The notes: generated by a model from the sequence alone, not told the origin. Positions 8,143 through 17,773 are shown, numbered from the stretch's first letter. The stretch is DNA of 43,269 nucleotides from Candidatus Thorarchaeota archaeon (GCA_011364905.1 RDNZ01000024.1:1-43269), one strand, 5' to 3'. Made by a program: numbers and translations.

Positions 8143-9306
8143 GTGAGGATTGGAGTCAACCTGTACCCCACAGTTGGTGGAAGTGGCTATCTTGCAACCC
8201 GTCTGGGGCAGGAATTGGCTCGTCGGGGGCACATTATTCACTTCATCACCTATCAGAGACCTTTCTCTCTTATGTGGGAGCAGACCACTGGCGTCTATGT
8301 CGATCTAGTCGACAGCATTGATTACCCACTCTTCAAAGCCACAGGTCCGCCTTACACCATGGCTTTGACATCAAAAATCATCAAGGTTGCTACGGACTCT
8401 AAACTTGACTTGCTTCACGCTCATTATGCAATTCCTCACGCAATGGCAGCATATATGGCAAGGGAGATTTCAGGTATCCCCTATGTCTTGACTTTGCATG
8501 GTTCGGATGTTCATACTCTTGGGCAAGATCCCGCTTACAGACCTGTCGTAAAGCATACAATAGAGCGGGCAGATGCCGTCACAGCTGTTTCCGAATTCCT
8601 AAAGAAGAAAGCACATGAAGAATTGGGAATTGAGAGAGAGATTCAGGTAATCCCCAATTTCATTGATACATCTACATTCAGGCATCTTAACGGAGTACGA
8701 CTCTTTGTAGAGAGCGGGTGTGTGGGACTTAGAAAAGCCGATGAGGCAGTTGAACTGCAGCCTGAGGAGAAGATTCTCCTTCACGCCTCGAATTTCCGTG
8801 AAGTGAAGCGAGTTGTTGATCTCGTAGAAATAATGAGAATCGTTGCAGACCACTTTCCAAAGGCAAGGTTGATTATTGCAGGGGATGGGCCAAGTCGTAT
8901 AGAAGTCGAGAGAAAAATTGAGGCATTGGACTTGTGTAACAATGTTCACCTACTAGGGGTAAAGAGCAATATGCAGGAAATAATGTGTTCAGCAGACCTG
9001 TTTCTATTGAACTCAACCCTGGAGGGAATGCCGCTGGTCTTGCTTGAAGCGATGTCGTGTAGTCTTCCTGTCGTGACTACGCCGGCAGGAGGCATTCCTG
9101 AGCTCGTACGTCCGGGAAAAGATGGAGTAGTGACCAAAGGATTCGGACAGGAAGAATACGCTCAGGCAATCATCGAAATGCTTGAGAATGATGAAAAACG
9201 AAAGAACTTAGGGAAGGCAGGAAGGAAGCGCGTCGAGGAATCATTCTCTGCTAAGCAAATTGTAAAAATGTATGAGAAAGTATTCGAGGAAGTAGTTTCA
9301 AAATAG
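8143..9306 (+). CDS. bshA: N-acetyl-alpha-D-glucosaminyl L-malate synthase (GT4 glycosyltransferase)
   Basis: BshA-specific segments YPTVGGSG..AT.LG..LA.RGH.IHFIT, PPY..AL.SK, LDLLHAHYAIPHA, TLHGSD...G.DP, H.SNFR.VKRV.D. Start is GTG 8143 or 8134. Confidence 0.92.
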   Translation: MRIGVNLYPTVGGSGYLATRLGQELARRGHIIHFITYQRPFSLMWEQTTGVYVDLVDSIDYPLFKATGPPYTMALTSKIIKVATDSKLDLLHAHYAIPHAMAAYMAREISGIPYVLTLHGSDVHTLGQDPAYRPVVKHTIERADAVTAVSEFLKKKAHEELGIEREIQVIPNFIDTSTFRHLNGVRLFVESGCVGLRKADEAVELQPEEKILLHASNFREVKRVVDLVEIMRIVADHFPKARLIIAGDGPSRIEVERKIEALDLCNNVHLLGVKSNMQEIMCSADLFLLNSTLEGMPLVLLEAMSCSLPVVTTPAGGIPELVRPGKDGVVTKGFGQEEYAQAIIEMLENDEKRKNLGKAGRKRVEESFSAKQIVKMYEKVFEEVVSK

Positions 9307-9322
9307 GAGGCGGAGAACTTCT

Positions 9323-11038
9323 TTGAACCCGAGTGTCTACGAAGTCTACGAGAACTTCATCTGGAAAAACCAAAAGCCCGATCTTGCAAAAACGCTCTAT
9401 GGCACACCCCCAATAACACTTGACGGAGTAGTAGATGAAGTTCCAAATCTAGTGGGATTATACAAAGACATGCTCTGGCATATTCCAGAGAGGATGGACA
9501 TTCTGAAGAAAACTCTCGTTGAGAGCAATAGGAAACTCGGTTCGTTGACACCAAAAGTCAGAGAGAGCATTGGAGCTCTTGAGAGTGGGGCTGTGGAATC
9601 CGCCCACCAGACTGTTGTGATGGGAGGCGCGGCCTACGTATTGAACAAGGCAGTGACTGCTGTGCAAATATCTGCTCTCGCCGCCGAAAAAGGGACACAG
9701 CTTGCACCATTCTTCTGTGTAGCAGACTACGACACAGTGCAGGCAGAGCTGGTCAATATCCGTACGCCTTTGATGGGACACGCTGGAAATCTAATCAGTA
9801 TGCCAGTTCCACAGGGATATGAGAATTCTCCAGTGAGTGTTGTCCCACTGCCAAGCAGCAATTGGCTGAGCCAAGTTGAGGAAGACACTCGGAACAACTA
9901 TCGTCCCATGTTCAAGAGCTTGGAGCGTCATCCAAGGATACTCGTCGAGGAACGACTTGAACAAGCACTGACTATTACCAGACGCGCATTCCATAACTCA
10001 CAGACACTCGGTGAGTGGTCTAAGAGAATCATGGCGCACCTTTTCAATATCGTGGGAGACCTGGGAATTCCGCTATTAACAGCCTCCGATCAAGGAATAC
10101 GCGAGCTTCTTGTTGAGGGTATGGAGTTCTTGCTTGCCAGAGAGAACAGAGAGCGATTTCTCAAGGCATTTGAAGAAACAACAAACCTCATTGAGGAGCA
10201 GGGCTATTCCCCAGGAATTGGACAAAGAGGTCCGGACTATGTTCCCTTCTTTTATGAGTGTCCCGGGAAAGAGTGCAACAGAAGCAGGATCGAACTTCAC
10301 TATGAGGACCTTGGGAGTACCGCAGTTCTGACTGGAAAGTGTCCGTCCTGCTCAGAAACAGTCGAGATTGAAACTCCCGCTGACGACCCATATCTGGGGG
10401 AGGTTGCTGGATATTTGTCACCACGTGTTGACTCCAGACAGATTTTGATAGACACCATTGTTCCTACAATCGCACATGTTGGAGGCCCTGGAGAAACCGC
10501 TTACTATGCGCAAGTCATCCCTTCTGCGAGGGCAATGGAGGTGCCTTTCCCACTTTTCATCAAGTATCCACGAGCCTACTTCAACACTCCATGGAATGAG
10601 GAACTAGCCAAGAGTCTGGAAAAGGAAGGATGCGAGGTTCTCCATCGAAAGGAAATGTTTGGCACAATGGGTAGTATTGCAAAGTTCAGAAGAAAGAATC
10701 AGTTTGATGAGATGAATGACGCACTTACGAAACTCAAAGAACTGATTCTCAGTACACATTCCTCAATTAACAAATGCTTGGAGGAAATCTCAGTAGAAAT
10801 CGATAAAGCATCCAGACAGGACATGGAGAAACTACAACTCAAAAAGCTGGATGTGGAACGGTATTTGTCCTGGGTCTTTGGTCAATACGCAGAGAACAAA
10901 CTCGGGCAGGAATCATCTTGGTCATGGATAGAGTGGGCAATCAACTCTGGTTTTTCTGATCTGTTTGGACCCTACATTAGGGCATACGTTGGTCCTATGA
11001 AAAACGGTGCAACCGTATTCGTGAACTTCTCATTGTAA
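9323..11038 (+). CDS. bshC: Bacillithiol biosynthesis BshC-like putative cysteine ligase with a Zn-ribbon-like insertion
   Basis: HQ...GG..Y..NKA, PFF.VADYD....E, LSPRV..R, PTIAHVGGPGETAYYAQ, YPR, a C-terminal coiled coil and QE motif, all collinear with BshC. Lies 16 bp after bshA with a GGAGG RBS. Confidence 0.85.
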   Translation: MNPSVYEVYENFIWKNQKPDLAKTLYGTPPITLDGVVDEVPNLVGLYKDMLWHIPERMDILKKTLVESNRKLGSLTPKVRESIGALESGAVESAHQTVVMGGAAYVLNKAVTAVQISALAAEKGTQLAPFFCVADYDTVQAELVNIRTPLMGHAGNLISMPVPQGYENSPVSVVPLPSSNWLSQVEEDTRNNYRPMFKSLERHPRILVEERLEQALTITRRAFHNSQTLGEWSKRIMAHLFNIVGDLGIPLLTASDQGIRELLVEGMEFLLARENRERFLKAFEETTNLIEEQGYSPGIGQRGPDYVPFFYECPGKECNRSRIELHYEDLGSTAVLTGKCPSCSETVEIETPADDPYLGEVAGYLSPRVDSRQILIDTIVPTIAHVGGPGETAYYAQVIPSARAMEVPFPLFIKYPRAYFNTPWNEELAKSLEKEGCEVLHRKEMFGTMGSIAKFRRKNQFDEMNDALTKLKELILSTHSSINKCLEEISVEIDKASRQDMEKLQLKKLDVERYLSWVFGQYAENKLGQESSWSWIEWAINSGFSDLFGPYIRAYVGPMKNGATVFVNFSL

Positions 11039-11039
11039 T

Positions 11040-12317
11040 CTAGCCGAGCTCTTTTGATAGGAGCTTACCTAGACGTTCTATTCCTTCTGCGATAATGTCA
11101 GGCGGCGCATATGAGAATCCAAGGCGCATGGTGTTATGTTCAGGAAGACTTGGTCGGACATCTTTATTGTCCTTTGTCAGACGGTGACCGTTCTGCGGGT
11201 AGAACGGGGTTCCAGGAACATAGAGAAGGTCATTTGGAATTGCTACTCGTTCCATGAACTCTCGAGCATCGAATTTCTTGTCCTCACTCTGCCACCAAAT
11301 GAAGAATCCGCCAGTAGGGTCTGTCCGTACGCCTGGCGGGAATGAGGCATCAATTGCTTTGGCCATGGCCTCATAACGAATCTTGTACTTAGGGATACCG
11401 GCACGCATCGCATCATCAATATGATTCGTGTAATATTCATCGAGAATTCGTTGGACCAGTGTTGTTGTACATAAATCGAGGTATCCCTTGTCCTTGAGAA
11501 CCTGCTCTCGAACATCAGAGGGTAACACTGAATATCCTACCCGCAGGACTGCAGCCTCCTTACTGCTTGTCCCCAGATAGGCAACACGACTGTTCTCTTT
11601 GTCGAGCGTTTTGATCGCTTTGGGAGTCTTCTTGAACTGGATTTCTGCATAAGCAGAGTCTTCTATTAGGAGAATATCATTTGCTTCTGCAATATCAAAA
11701 AGAGCTTGGCGTCGTTTCATTGGGAGTGTTGTTCCTTTCGGATTATCTGAGTCAGGGACCACATAGATGATATCTGGGCATTTACCAAACTTCTGCTTTG
11801 ATACTTCAACTGCGTGTTCTACCTCTTCTGGAATAATGCCATCCAAGTCAGTTGGAATTGTAATGACGCGGCCACCGAGTTTCTCAGCAGGGGATAGGAA
11901 GCCAAGGTAAGCAGGAGAGGGTGTGATTATTACGTCACCTGGATCAATCATGGTATCGAGAAGTGCGTAGATTGCTTGTTGGGACCCATTTGTAATAGAA
12001 ACATGGTCCCATTGGGTTTGCGGATCAATTGGGATATCTCTAACGTCATGGAGGCGTTTCGCGAGCGTTCTCAAAAACCAAGACTCGCCACCAGTTGGCC
12101 CATAGTTCAGGTCCTCAAGTGCTAGACGAGGATTCTTCTTGTAATTGGCACTGAGGTCCCCCATAATGTTCGCAAAGACATCGGTGGGGATTATTCCAGG
12201 TTTCCCACCAGCGAAGTAGTACTTGACCTTATACTTCAGTAGAGCCCTTATCTGAGACTCTGCAATAAAAGTGGTCCAGGTAGCAAAGCTATAGCCGTTG
12301 CCTATCGAGTTTGCCAT
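11040..12317 (-). CDS. PLP-dependent class I/II aminotransferase (2-aminoadipate/aromatic transaminase, MocR/ARO8-like)
   Basis: FAGGKP, NYGPTGG, ITNGSQQA, NPKGTT, IEDSAY, GTSSK...LRVGY, GGFF, MRLGFS. Start set at MANS, 12317. Confidence 0.9.
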   Translation of the reverse strand: MANSIGNGYSFATWTTFIAESQIRALLKYKVKYYFAGGKPGIIPTDVFANIMGDLSANYKKNPRLALEDLNYGPTGGESWFLRTLAKRLHDVRDIPIDPQTQWDHVSITNGSQQAIYALLDTMIDPGDVIITPSPAYLGFLSPAEKLGGRVITIPTDLDGIIPEEVEHAVEVSKQKFGKCPDIIYVVPDSDNPKGTTLPMKRRQALFDIAEANDILLIEDSAYAEIQFKKTPKAIKTLDKENSRVAYLGTSSKEAAVLRVGYSVLPSDVREQVLKDKGYLDLCTTTLVQRILDEYYTNHIDDAMRAGIPKYKIRYEAMAKAIDASFPPGVRTDPTGGFFIWWQSEDKKFDAREFMERVAIPNDLLYVPGTPFYPQNGHRLTKDNKDVRPSLPEHNTMRLGFSYAPPDIIAEGIERLGKLLSKELG

Positions 12318-12499
12318 AATGTACCAGCTCCGGAGGACTCGCAGCCAATCCCCAGGTTGAGAAGCATGGACACTTCTGTACATGAAAAAGATAGAATGTC
12401 CTTTATCCTTTTCCACCTAGACATATATTTTGGTGTTCCTTTCGGACCGGTGATGTACACAAGTGGACGTCTTTACCGTGCATTTGCACAGACTGAGTT

Positions 12500-13291
12500 C
12501 TACCGCATCTCTGCCGCAAATGACTCGGCTGCAGCCGCGGGATCAGCTGCCTCCACAATGGAGCGAGCAACAATGACGAAGTTCGCGCCTGCATCGATGG
12601 CTGCTCGGGCACTTCCACCTTGAGCTCCAACTCCTGGACTTATAATCGGAATTTCGTCACCCAGAATTTCGCGAATCTCTCCAATCTTTTCGGGATATGT
12701 GGCCCCAACAATCACTCCATCTGTGTCCCACTTTCTTGAAATCCGGGCAAAGTAGTGGTAGAAAGGCTCAGGCTTTTGTTTGCCATCGGGAGAAACATAG
12801 ATACCATAACCCTCCTTGGCACCGGGATGCGACATGTAGCAGAGCGTGATAATCCCCCGTTTTCCCTTGATAGCCATGTCAAAAACACTATCCAATCCGC
12901 CCTCCATTCCAACGAGAGGATTGACAATGATGGCATCAAAGCCCGCATCAAAGTAGTACTTTGCAATCTGCTTGTTGGTGTCACCAATATCATTGAGCTT
13001 TATGTCAGCGATAGCAGTGATACCAGCATCGTGAACTGCATCTATGATCCGTGGTATTCCTTCAAAAAGGCCGACTGGTATAACGAGATGGCGGTTAATT
13101 TTGAAAGCAACAGCATGCTCAGCTGTCTGAGAAACGATCCGAAGGGCCTCTTTCTCCAAGCGATCTTTCTCTGCTTGCACATCAGGACCAACCTTTCCCT
13201 TCATATCAGCGACCAAATCAAGGCCGATGATTAGCTTGCTCTTTCTCACAAAACTTGAAGCTGTAAGTTTTCTCTTGTACACGCGACTCAC
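12500..13291 (-). CDS. pyrF: Orotidine-5'-phosphate decarboxylase
   Basis: IIGLD, AFKIN, DIKLNDIGDT (DxKxxDIxxT), MSHPG, VGATYP, SPGVGAQGG, IVARSI. Start estimated at GTG 13291. Confidence 0.93.
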   Translation of the reverse strand: MSRVYKRKLTASSFVRKSKLIIGLDLVADMKGKVGPDVQAEKDRLEKEALRIVSQTAEHAVAFKINRHLVIPVGLFEGIPRIIDAVHDAGITAIADIKLNDIGDTNKQIAKYYFDAGFDAIIVNPLVGMEGGLDSVFDMAIKGKRGIITLCYMSHPGAKEGYGIYVSPDGKQKPEPFYHYFARISRKWDTDGVIVGATYPEKIGEIREILGDEIPIISPGVGAQGGSARAAIDAGANFVIVARSIVEAADPAAAAESFAAEMR

Positions 13292-13370
13292 ACCTAATCC
13301 TTGGGAACTCAAACTTGCTCTAATGAAGTGCATACACACCCCCTACTCTTCCAAATAAATCTTATATCAA

Positions 13371-14450
13371 GTGCTGGAATTAGAAATACAGATTAATGGA
13401 GAGGCTGAATTGAGTCCAGACTGGTTGGCTACTCGTCTAGCAGTAGTCCTGCTTGCAGTGGTGGGTCCTGTTTACTTCTTCCTATTGATGTTCTTTATAC
13501 CTGAAATGCAGCCTTTTGGAGACCCATTTCTTAATCTTCTATTCCATCATCTTGCAGTCCCAATTGTCTTCTCCGCACCTTGGCTTGGCCTTATCTACTA
13601 TCAGCGTTATAGGCTAGCAAACACTGTGTACATAATGGATGGTACTATCTCGAGTGTTCCGCTTCGTTGGAGAGTGTTCTATGGGATCAATGCGGCCTTC
13701 GTGCTGATGCTATTTGTTCTGCCAATGACTACTCCCATTCTAGCCATAATTCTTGGGCTTTACGTGGCTGGAACCTTGTTCTACAGAATCGGAGTAGGCA
13801 AGTTCGGAGGGGGAAGGATCGGAGCCGCACTTGCAGTCCTAGGAGCCTTAGCACTGTGTGTTCTTCCCACATTTGTTATGCTTGAGTTCCTACCAAGCTA
13901 CATTGTTGTATGGCAGTATATCCTCTCAACATGGGAGTCATTCTGGTTGCAGGTTGTGTATGGTTTTGCTCAATGTCTCGTAAACTCGCTCAGTTTTGGT
14001 GCGCCTATCTATTTCATCTACTTCGGAGCGCAGGAGTATGATAAAGGACTCTATGGCGAAACCTATACAAAGACACCAACAAAGTGGATCCGAATCGGCG
14101 AGTTCATCCTTTTCGTAGTGTTCCTAATACTATACCTTCCGCCGATCCCAACCCCAGTGGGAACCATTTACTTTTTGAATCAGTCAATCCTGTTCACTCT
14201 CTACATCAACTGGATCTCTTTGTCTATAGTCGGAATCATGTACATAGTGAAATTCGCACTCAAGGTTAGCAACGACACGACAATTGGGGGAGCATCAAAC
14301 CTCTTTGTGATTGGTCTGTTTTTGGTTGTCGAGCTTTTCTTCAAGACGAACTTGTTGCTAATCACAGCAATAATCTGGCTGGCATTTCTTATTTATGCGG
14401 GACTCTCAGTTTTGAGTTTCCTCAGAGCATCTTCGCGTGAGATATACTGA
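13371..14450 (+). CDS. Uncharacterised polytopic membrane protein (about 9-10 TM)
   Basis: Long ORF with repeated hydrophobic segments of about 20 aa. The start may be TTG 13410. Confidence 0.75.
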   Translation: MLELEIQINGEAELSPDWLATRLAVVLLAVVGPVYFFLLMFFIPEMQPFGDPFLNLLFHHLAVPIVFSAPWLGLIYYQRYRLANTVYIMDGTISSVPLRWRVFYGINAAFVLMLFVLPMTTPILAIILGLYVAGTLFYRIGVGKFGGGRIGAALAVLGALALCVLPTFVMLEFLPSYIVVWQYILSTWESFWLQVVYGFAQCLVNSLSFGAPIYFIYFGAQEYDKGLYGETYTKTPTKWIRIGEFILFVVFLILYLPPIPTPVGTIYFLNQSILFTLYINWISLSIVGIMYIVKFALKVSNDTTIGGASNLFVIGLFLVVELFFKTNLLLITAIIWLAFLIYAGLSVLSFLRASSREIY

Positions 14451-14681
14451 TTTCGAACGCATATTGAGTTATATCCAGCAAGACCCAACCATTTCTTTAT
14501 TGCTCATCTTTCGTTTCAGCATTACAACTGAAAAGATTCCTAATTCAAGTATATACTATTGATAATGGTTATAGGCAAATTTGTCGTTAGGCATATCGAG
14601 ATAGCCGGGAAACCGAGAAATCGTCAATAGAAATCCGGATACCCCTTGAAGAATTCTGTTTGTTTCGGAGGTTAAGTCATT

Positions 14682-16097
14682 ATGTCAGATGATAAATTTA
14701 GAGACCTGCAACTTTCTGATTCAGCCTTGATCATTGAGAAGCCTCCGGGTCCCCGGTCGAGAGAGCTTCTTCAAAAACAAGACCAAACTGAAAGCGCCGC
14801 TGTTTCATATCCAAAGGCAATTCCAGTGGCCTTCGAGGAAGGAAAAGGTGCAACCCTGAAAGATGTGGATGGCAATATCTACATTGATTTCTTTGCTGGT
14901 GCCGGAGTTCTGAACACAGGTCACTGCAATCCTGAGATTGTGGAGGCAGCGAAAGCGCAAATGTCGAAACTGACTCATAATCTAGATTTTCCAACACCTA
15001 TTCGAGCAGAGCTTGTCGATGAACTACTCTCACTCCTCCCTGCCAAACTGAGGAATACAGCCAAGCTGCTCTTTGTAGCACCAACTGGTTCGGACACAGT
15101 TGAGTCAGCCGTGAAGCTTGCAAAGTTCAATACCGGACGGATTGGGATGATATCCTTCGAAGGTGCATACCATGGAATGACCGCGGGCGCAATATCATTG
15201 ACCGCCAATAAATCACTGAAGGAGAATCTTATGCCAATGCTGCCCGAGGTCCATTTTCTGCCATATGCATATTGTTACCGCTGCCCGTTTGGAAAAGAGA
15301 GCTCAGACTGCGGTCTCGAGTGTGCAAGATATCTAGAACACGTATTGGAAGACCCCAAGTCAGGTATAGTAGATCCAGCAGCCATCATCATTGAGGCCGT
15401 TCAGGGAGAGGGAGGATCATTGCCCGCACCGGATGAGTTCTTGAGAGAAGTCAGGAGACTTTCAGGTGAATACTGTATTCCTCTCATAGTGGACGAGATT
15501 CAGGCGGGAATGAGTAGGACAGGTAAGATGTGGGCCTGTCAACACTCTGGCATCACCCCGGATATCATGACGGTTTCGAAGGGAATCGGAGGAGGACTTC
15601 CGCTATCTGTGCTGGTCTTCGATGAGGAGCTTGACGTGTGGGAGAAGGGTGCACATGTGGGAACCTTCAGGGGAAATGTTGTGGCTGTCGCTGCGGGAGT
15701 TGCAGCATTGAGATTTATTAAGAAACATAAGCTGTGGAAATACGCCGCCCGATTAGGTGAGGATGTCTTCCTTCCCAGACTTCGAGAACTGCAAGATGAG
15801 AGTAGATTCATCGGAGATACACGTGGAAAGGGTTTGATGCTAGGCGCTGAATTCGTCATGGACAAGAAAACCAAGAGGCCATGGACTGAGTTTGCGAAAG
15901 ATGTCAGAAAAGCCTGCTACCGGAGAGGACTCATTATTGAGATAGGTGGACACTTCTCCAATGTTGTCCGGTTTATGCCCCCACTCGTCATAACCAGAGA
16001 ACTTGCAGAGGCAGGGCTGGAAATATTCGCAGATGCAGTAAAAGAGGTTGAAGACGCCAACAAGGATACTGCAGTAACTATCGCATCTTCAAAATAG
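14682..16097 (+). CDS. Class III PLP aminotransferase (diaminobutyrate--2-oxoglutarate / 4-aminobutyrate transaminase-like)
   Basis: YIDFFAGAGVLNTGH, PTGSDTVESAVKLA, AYHGMTAGA, EAVQGEGG, DEIQAG..RTG, SKGIGGGLP, HVGTFRGN. GGAGG RBS. Confidence 0.9.
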   Translation: MSDDKFRDLQLSDSALIIEKPPGPRSRELLQKQDQTESAAVSYPKAIPVAFEEGKGATLKDVDGNIYIDFFAGAGVLNTGHCNPEIVEAAKAQMSKLTHNLDFPTPIRAELVDELLSLLPAKLRNTAKLLFVAPTGSDTVESAVKLAKFNTGRIGMISFEGAYHGMTAGAISLTANKSLKENLMPMLPEVHFLPYAYCYRCPFGKESSDCGLECARYLEHVLEDPKSGIVDPAAIIIEAVQGEGGSLPAPDEFLREVRRLSGEYCIPLIVDEIQAGMSRTGKMWACQHSGITPDIMTVSKGIGGGLPLSVLVFDEELDVWEKGAHVGTFRGNVVAVAAGVAALRFIKKHKLWKYAARLGEDVFLPRLRELQDESRFIGDTRGKGLMLGAEFVMDKKTKRPWTEFAKDVRKACYRRGLIIEIGGHFSNVVRFMPPLVITRELAEAGLEIFADAVKEVEDANKDTAVTIASSK

Positions 16098-16138
16098 GTT
16101 GCCTCCTTATCGATGGCTATTCTCTGAAACAGGTCAGG

Positions 16139-17773
16139 TTAGGCATTGTTTCTGAGAACCTTTCCTGGAAATATATCAAACTGCGTAGAGCCTTCCACTA
16201 TAATACTCCCGTTAACAATCACATTTTGTATTCCAACTGGAAACTGATGTGGTTTGAGAAAAGTTGCTTTATCCTGAATTGTTTGGGGGTTGAAAACGAC
16301 TAGATCTGCATAATATCCTTCTCGTATCAAACCTCGATCTCCAAGTCTGAGGCGTTCAGCAGGAAAGCCAGCCATCTTCCAAATGGCCTCTTCGATTGAT
16401 AGAACGCCCTCTTTTCGGACATACTTGCCTAAGATTCGTGGATAAGTCCCATAGGATCGAGGATGTGGTCTACCATGTCTAAAGACACCAGTTGGAGAGA
16501 TACCCCACCCATCTGTCCCAATCATAGTATGTCTGTCTTTCATGATACGTCGAATGTCACCTTCATTCATACTCTCGATCGTCATGGATGTTTCACCAGC
16601 CTCATCAAGAAGAATGTCGAAGAGCAGCTTGAATTTGTCCGAGTATCCGTACTCCTCTGCAATCTGCTCTAGGTTTTTCCCTTCAATAGGCTTCCACTTG
16701 TCAGACTTGACTGAGGCGATGTAGATCCCTTGCCAGCCTATTTCGTTGATGATGTTCTCCCACCCCTTAATCCCGCTTGCAACATCACTTCTAATTCGCA
16801 CTTGAGACTCAGGAGTTTTCAGGTGGTCCAAGAGGCTATCCATTCCGCCCTCATGAACCCACGGAGGCAACAATGATATTAATGAGGTCATTCCTCGGTT
16901 GTAGGGATACTGGTCACATGCAATATTGAAACCGCGTTTGTTTGCCTCTGCTATTAGCTTGAGTGTGTCTTTGCTTGTTCCCCAATAGGGCCGTCCAGCT
17001 ATTTTGTGGTGGGCAATCTGTCCCCCTCTGCAGCCGGATTTCTCCACAATATCAATCAGTTCCTGAATCGCTGGGACAACAGATTTCCCCTCACCTCTGA
17101 TATGCGAAAAGTAGAGACCTTTGTATTCTGCTGCTGTCTTTGCTAATTCTAGTATTTCATTGAAGGATGCGAATGACTGTGGTGGATAAAACAGTCCGGT
17201 ACTCAGACCAAATGCCCCAGCACTCATAGCCTCTGCAACATTAGCCTTCATATTCGTCAGTTCCTTTTTTGTGGGTTGTCGGTTCTCAAAAGCTGGACCT
17301 GTTGCGATTCTAATAGTCCCAAAACCAACAAGTGGAACCACATTGATTGGAATGGGAGTCCTCTCTATTGTCGCAAGATATTCACCAAATGTTCGCCAAG
17401 TTATGTCAAGTCTATGGCCAGGAGGCGAAAATACATCGATATCCTTCTGCATAAGATCAATTGTGTCGTCACTGATAGGAGCAAGAGAAGACCCACAGTT
17501 TCCCATGACTGATGTAGTGACTCCTTGGCGCACCATTGACTCGATGCGATTATCAAATGGTATGCTCATATCGGTGTGACTATGAATGTCGATGAAGCCT
17601 GGGCAGACTATTTGCTGTTTTGCATCGAGAGAATATTTGGCATCAGCGGAAATGTTTGGCTTGACCTCTAAGATTCGACCAGCACTTACCCCTACATCTG
17701 CTTTGAATGGTTTTTCACCAGAGCCATCAACTATTGTACCATTTCTAATTAGAAGGTCAATCTCTTCATTCAT
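16139..17773 (-). CDS. N-acyl-D-amino-acid deacylase (D-aminoacylase) family amidohydrolase
   Basis: NGTIVDGSG, PGFIDIHSHTD, GNCG.S.AP, GLSTGLFYPP, SHIRGE, DQYPY, HPRSYGTYPR, ADLVVF. Start set at MNEEID. Confidence 0.92.
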   Translation of the reverse strand: MNEEIDLLIRNGTIVDGSGEKPFKADVGVSAGRILEVKPNISADAKYSLDAKQQIVCPGFIDIHSHTDMSIPFDNRIESMVRQGVTTSVMGNCGSSLAPISDDTIDLMQKDIDVFSPPGHRLDITWRTFGEYLATIERTPIPINVVPLVGFGTIRIATGPAFENRQPTKKELTNMKANVAEAMSAGAFGLSTGLFYPPQSFASFNEILELAKTAAEYKGLYFSHIRGEGKSVVPAIQELIDIVEKSGCRGGQIAHHKIAGRPYWGTSKDTLKLIAEANKRGFNIACDQYPYNRGMTSLISLLPPWVHEGGMDSLLDHLKTPESQVRIRSDVASGIKGWENIINEIGWQGIYIASVKSDKWKPIEGKNLEQIAEEYGYSDKFKLLFDILLDEAGETSMTIESMNEGDIRRIMKDRHTMIGTDGWGISPTGVFRHGRPHPRSYGTYPRILGKYVRKEGVLSIEEAIWKMAGFPAERLRLGDRGLIREGYYADLVVFNPQTIQDKATFLKPHQFPVGIQNVIVNGSIIVEGSTQFDIFPGKVLRNNA

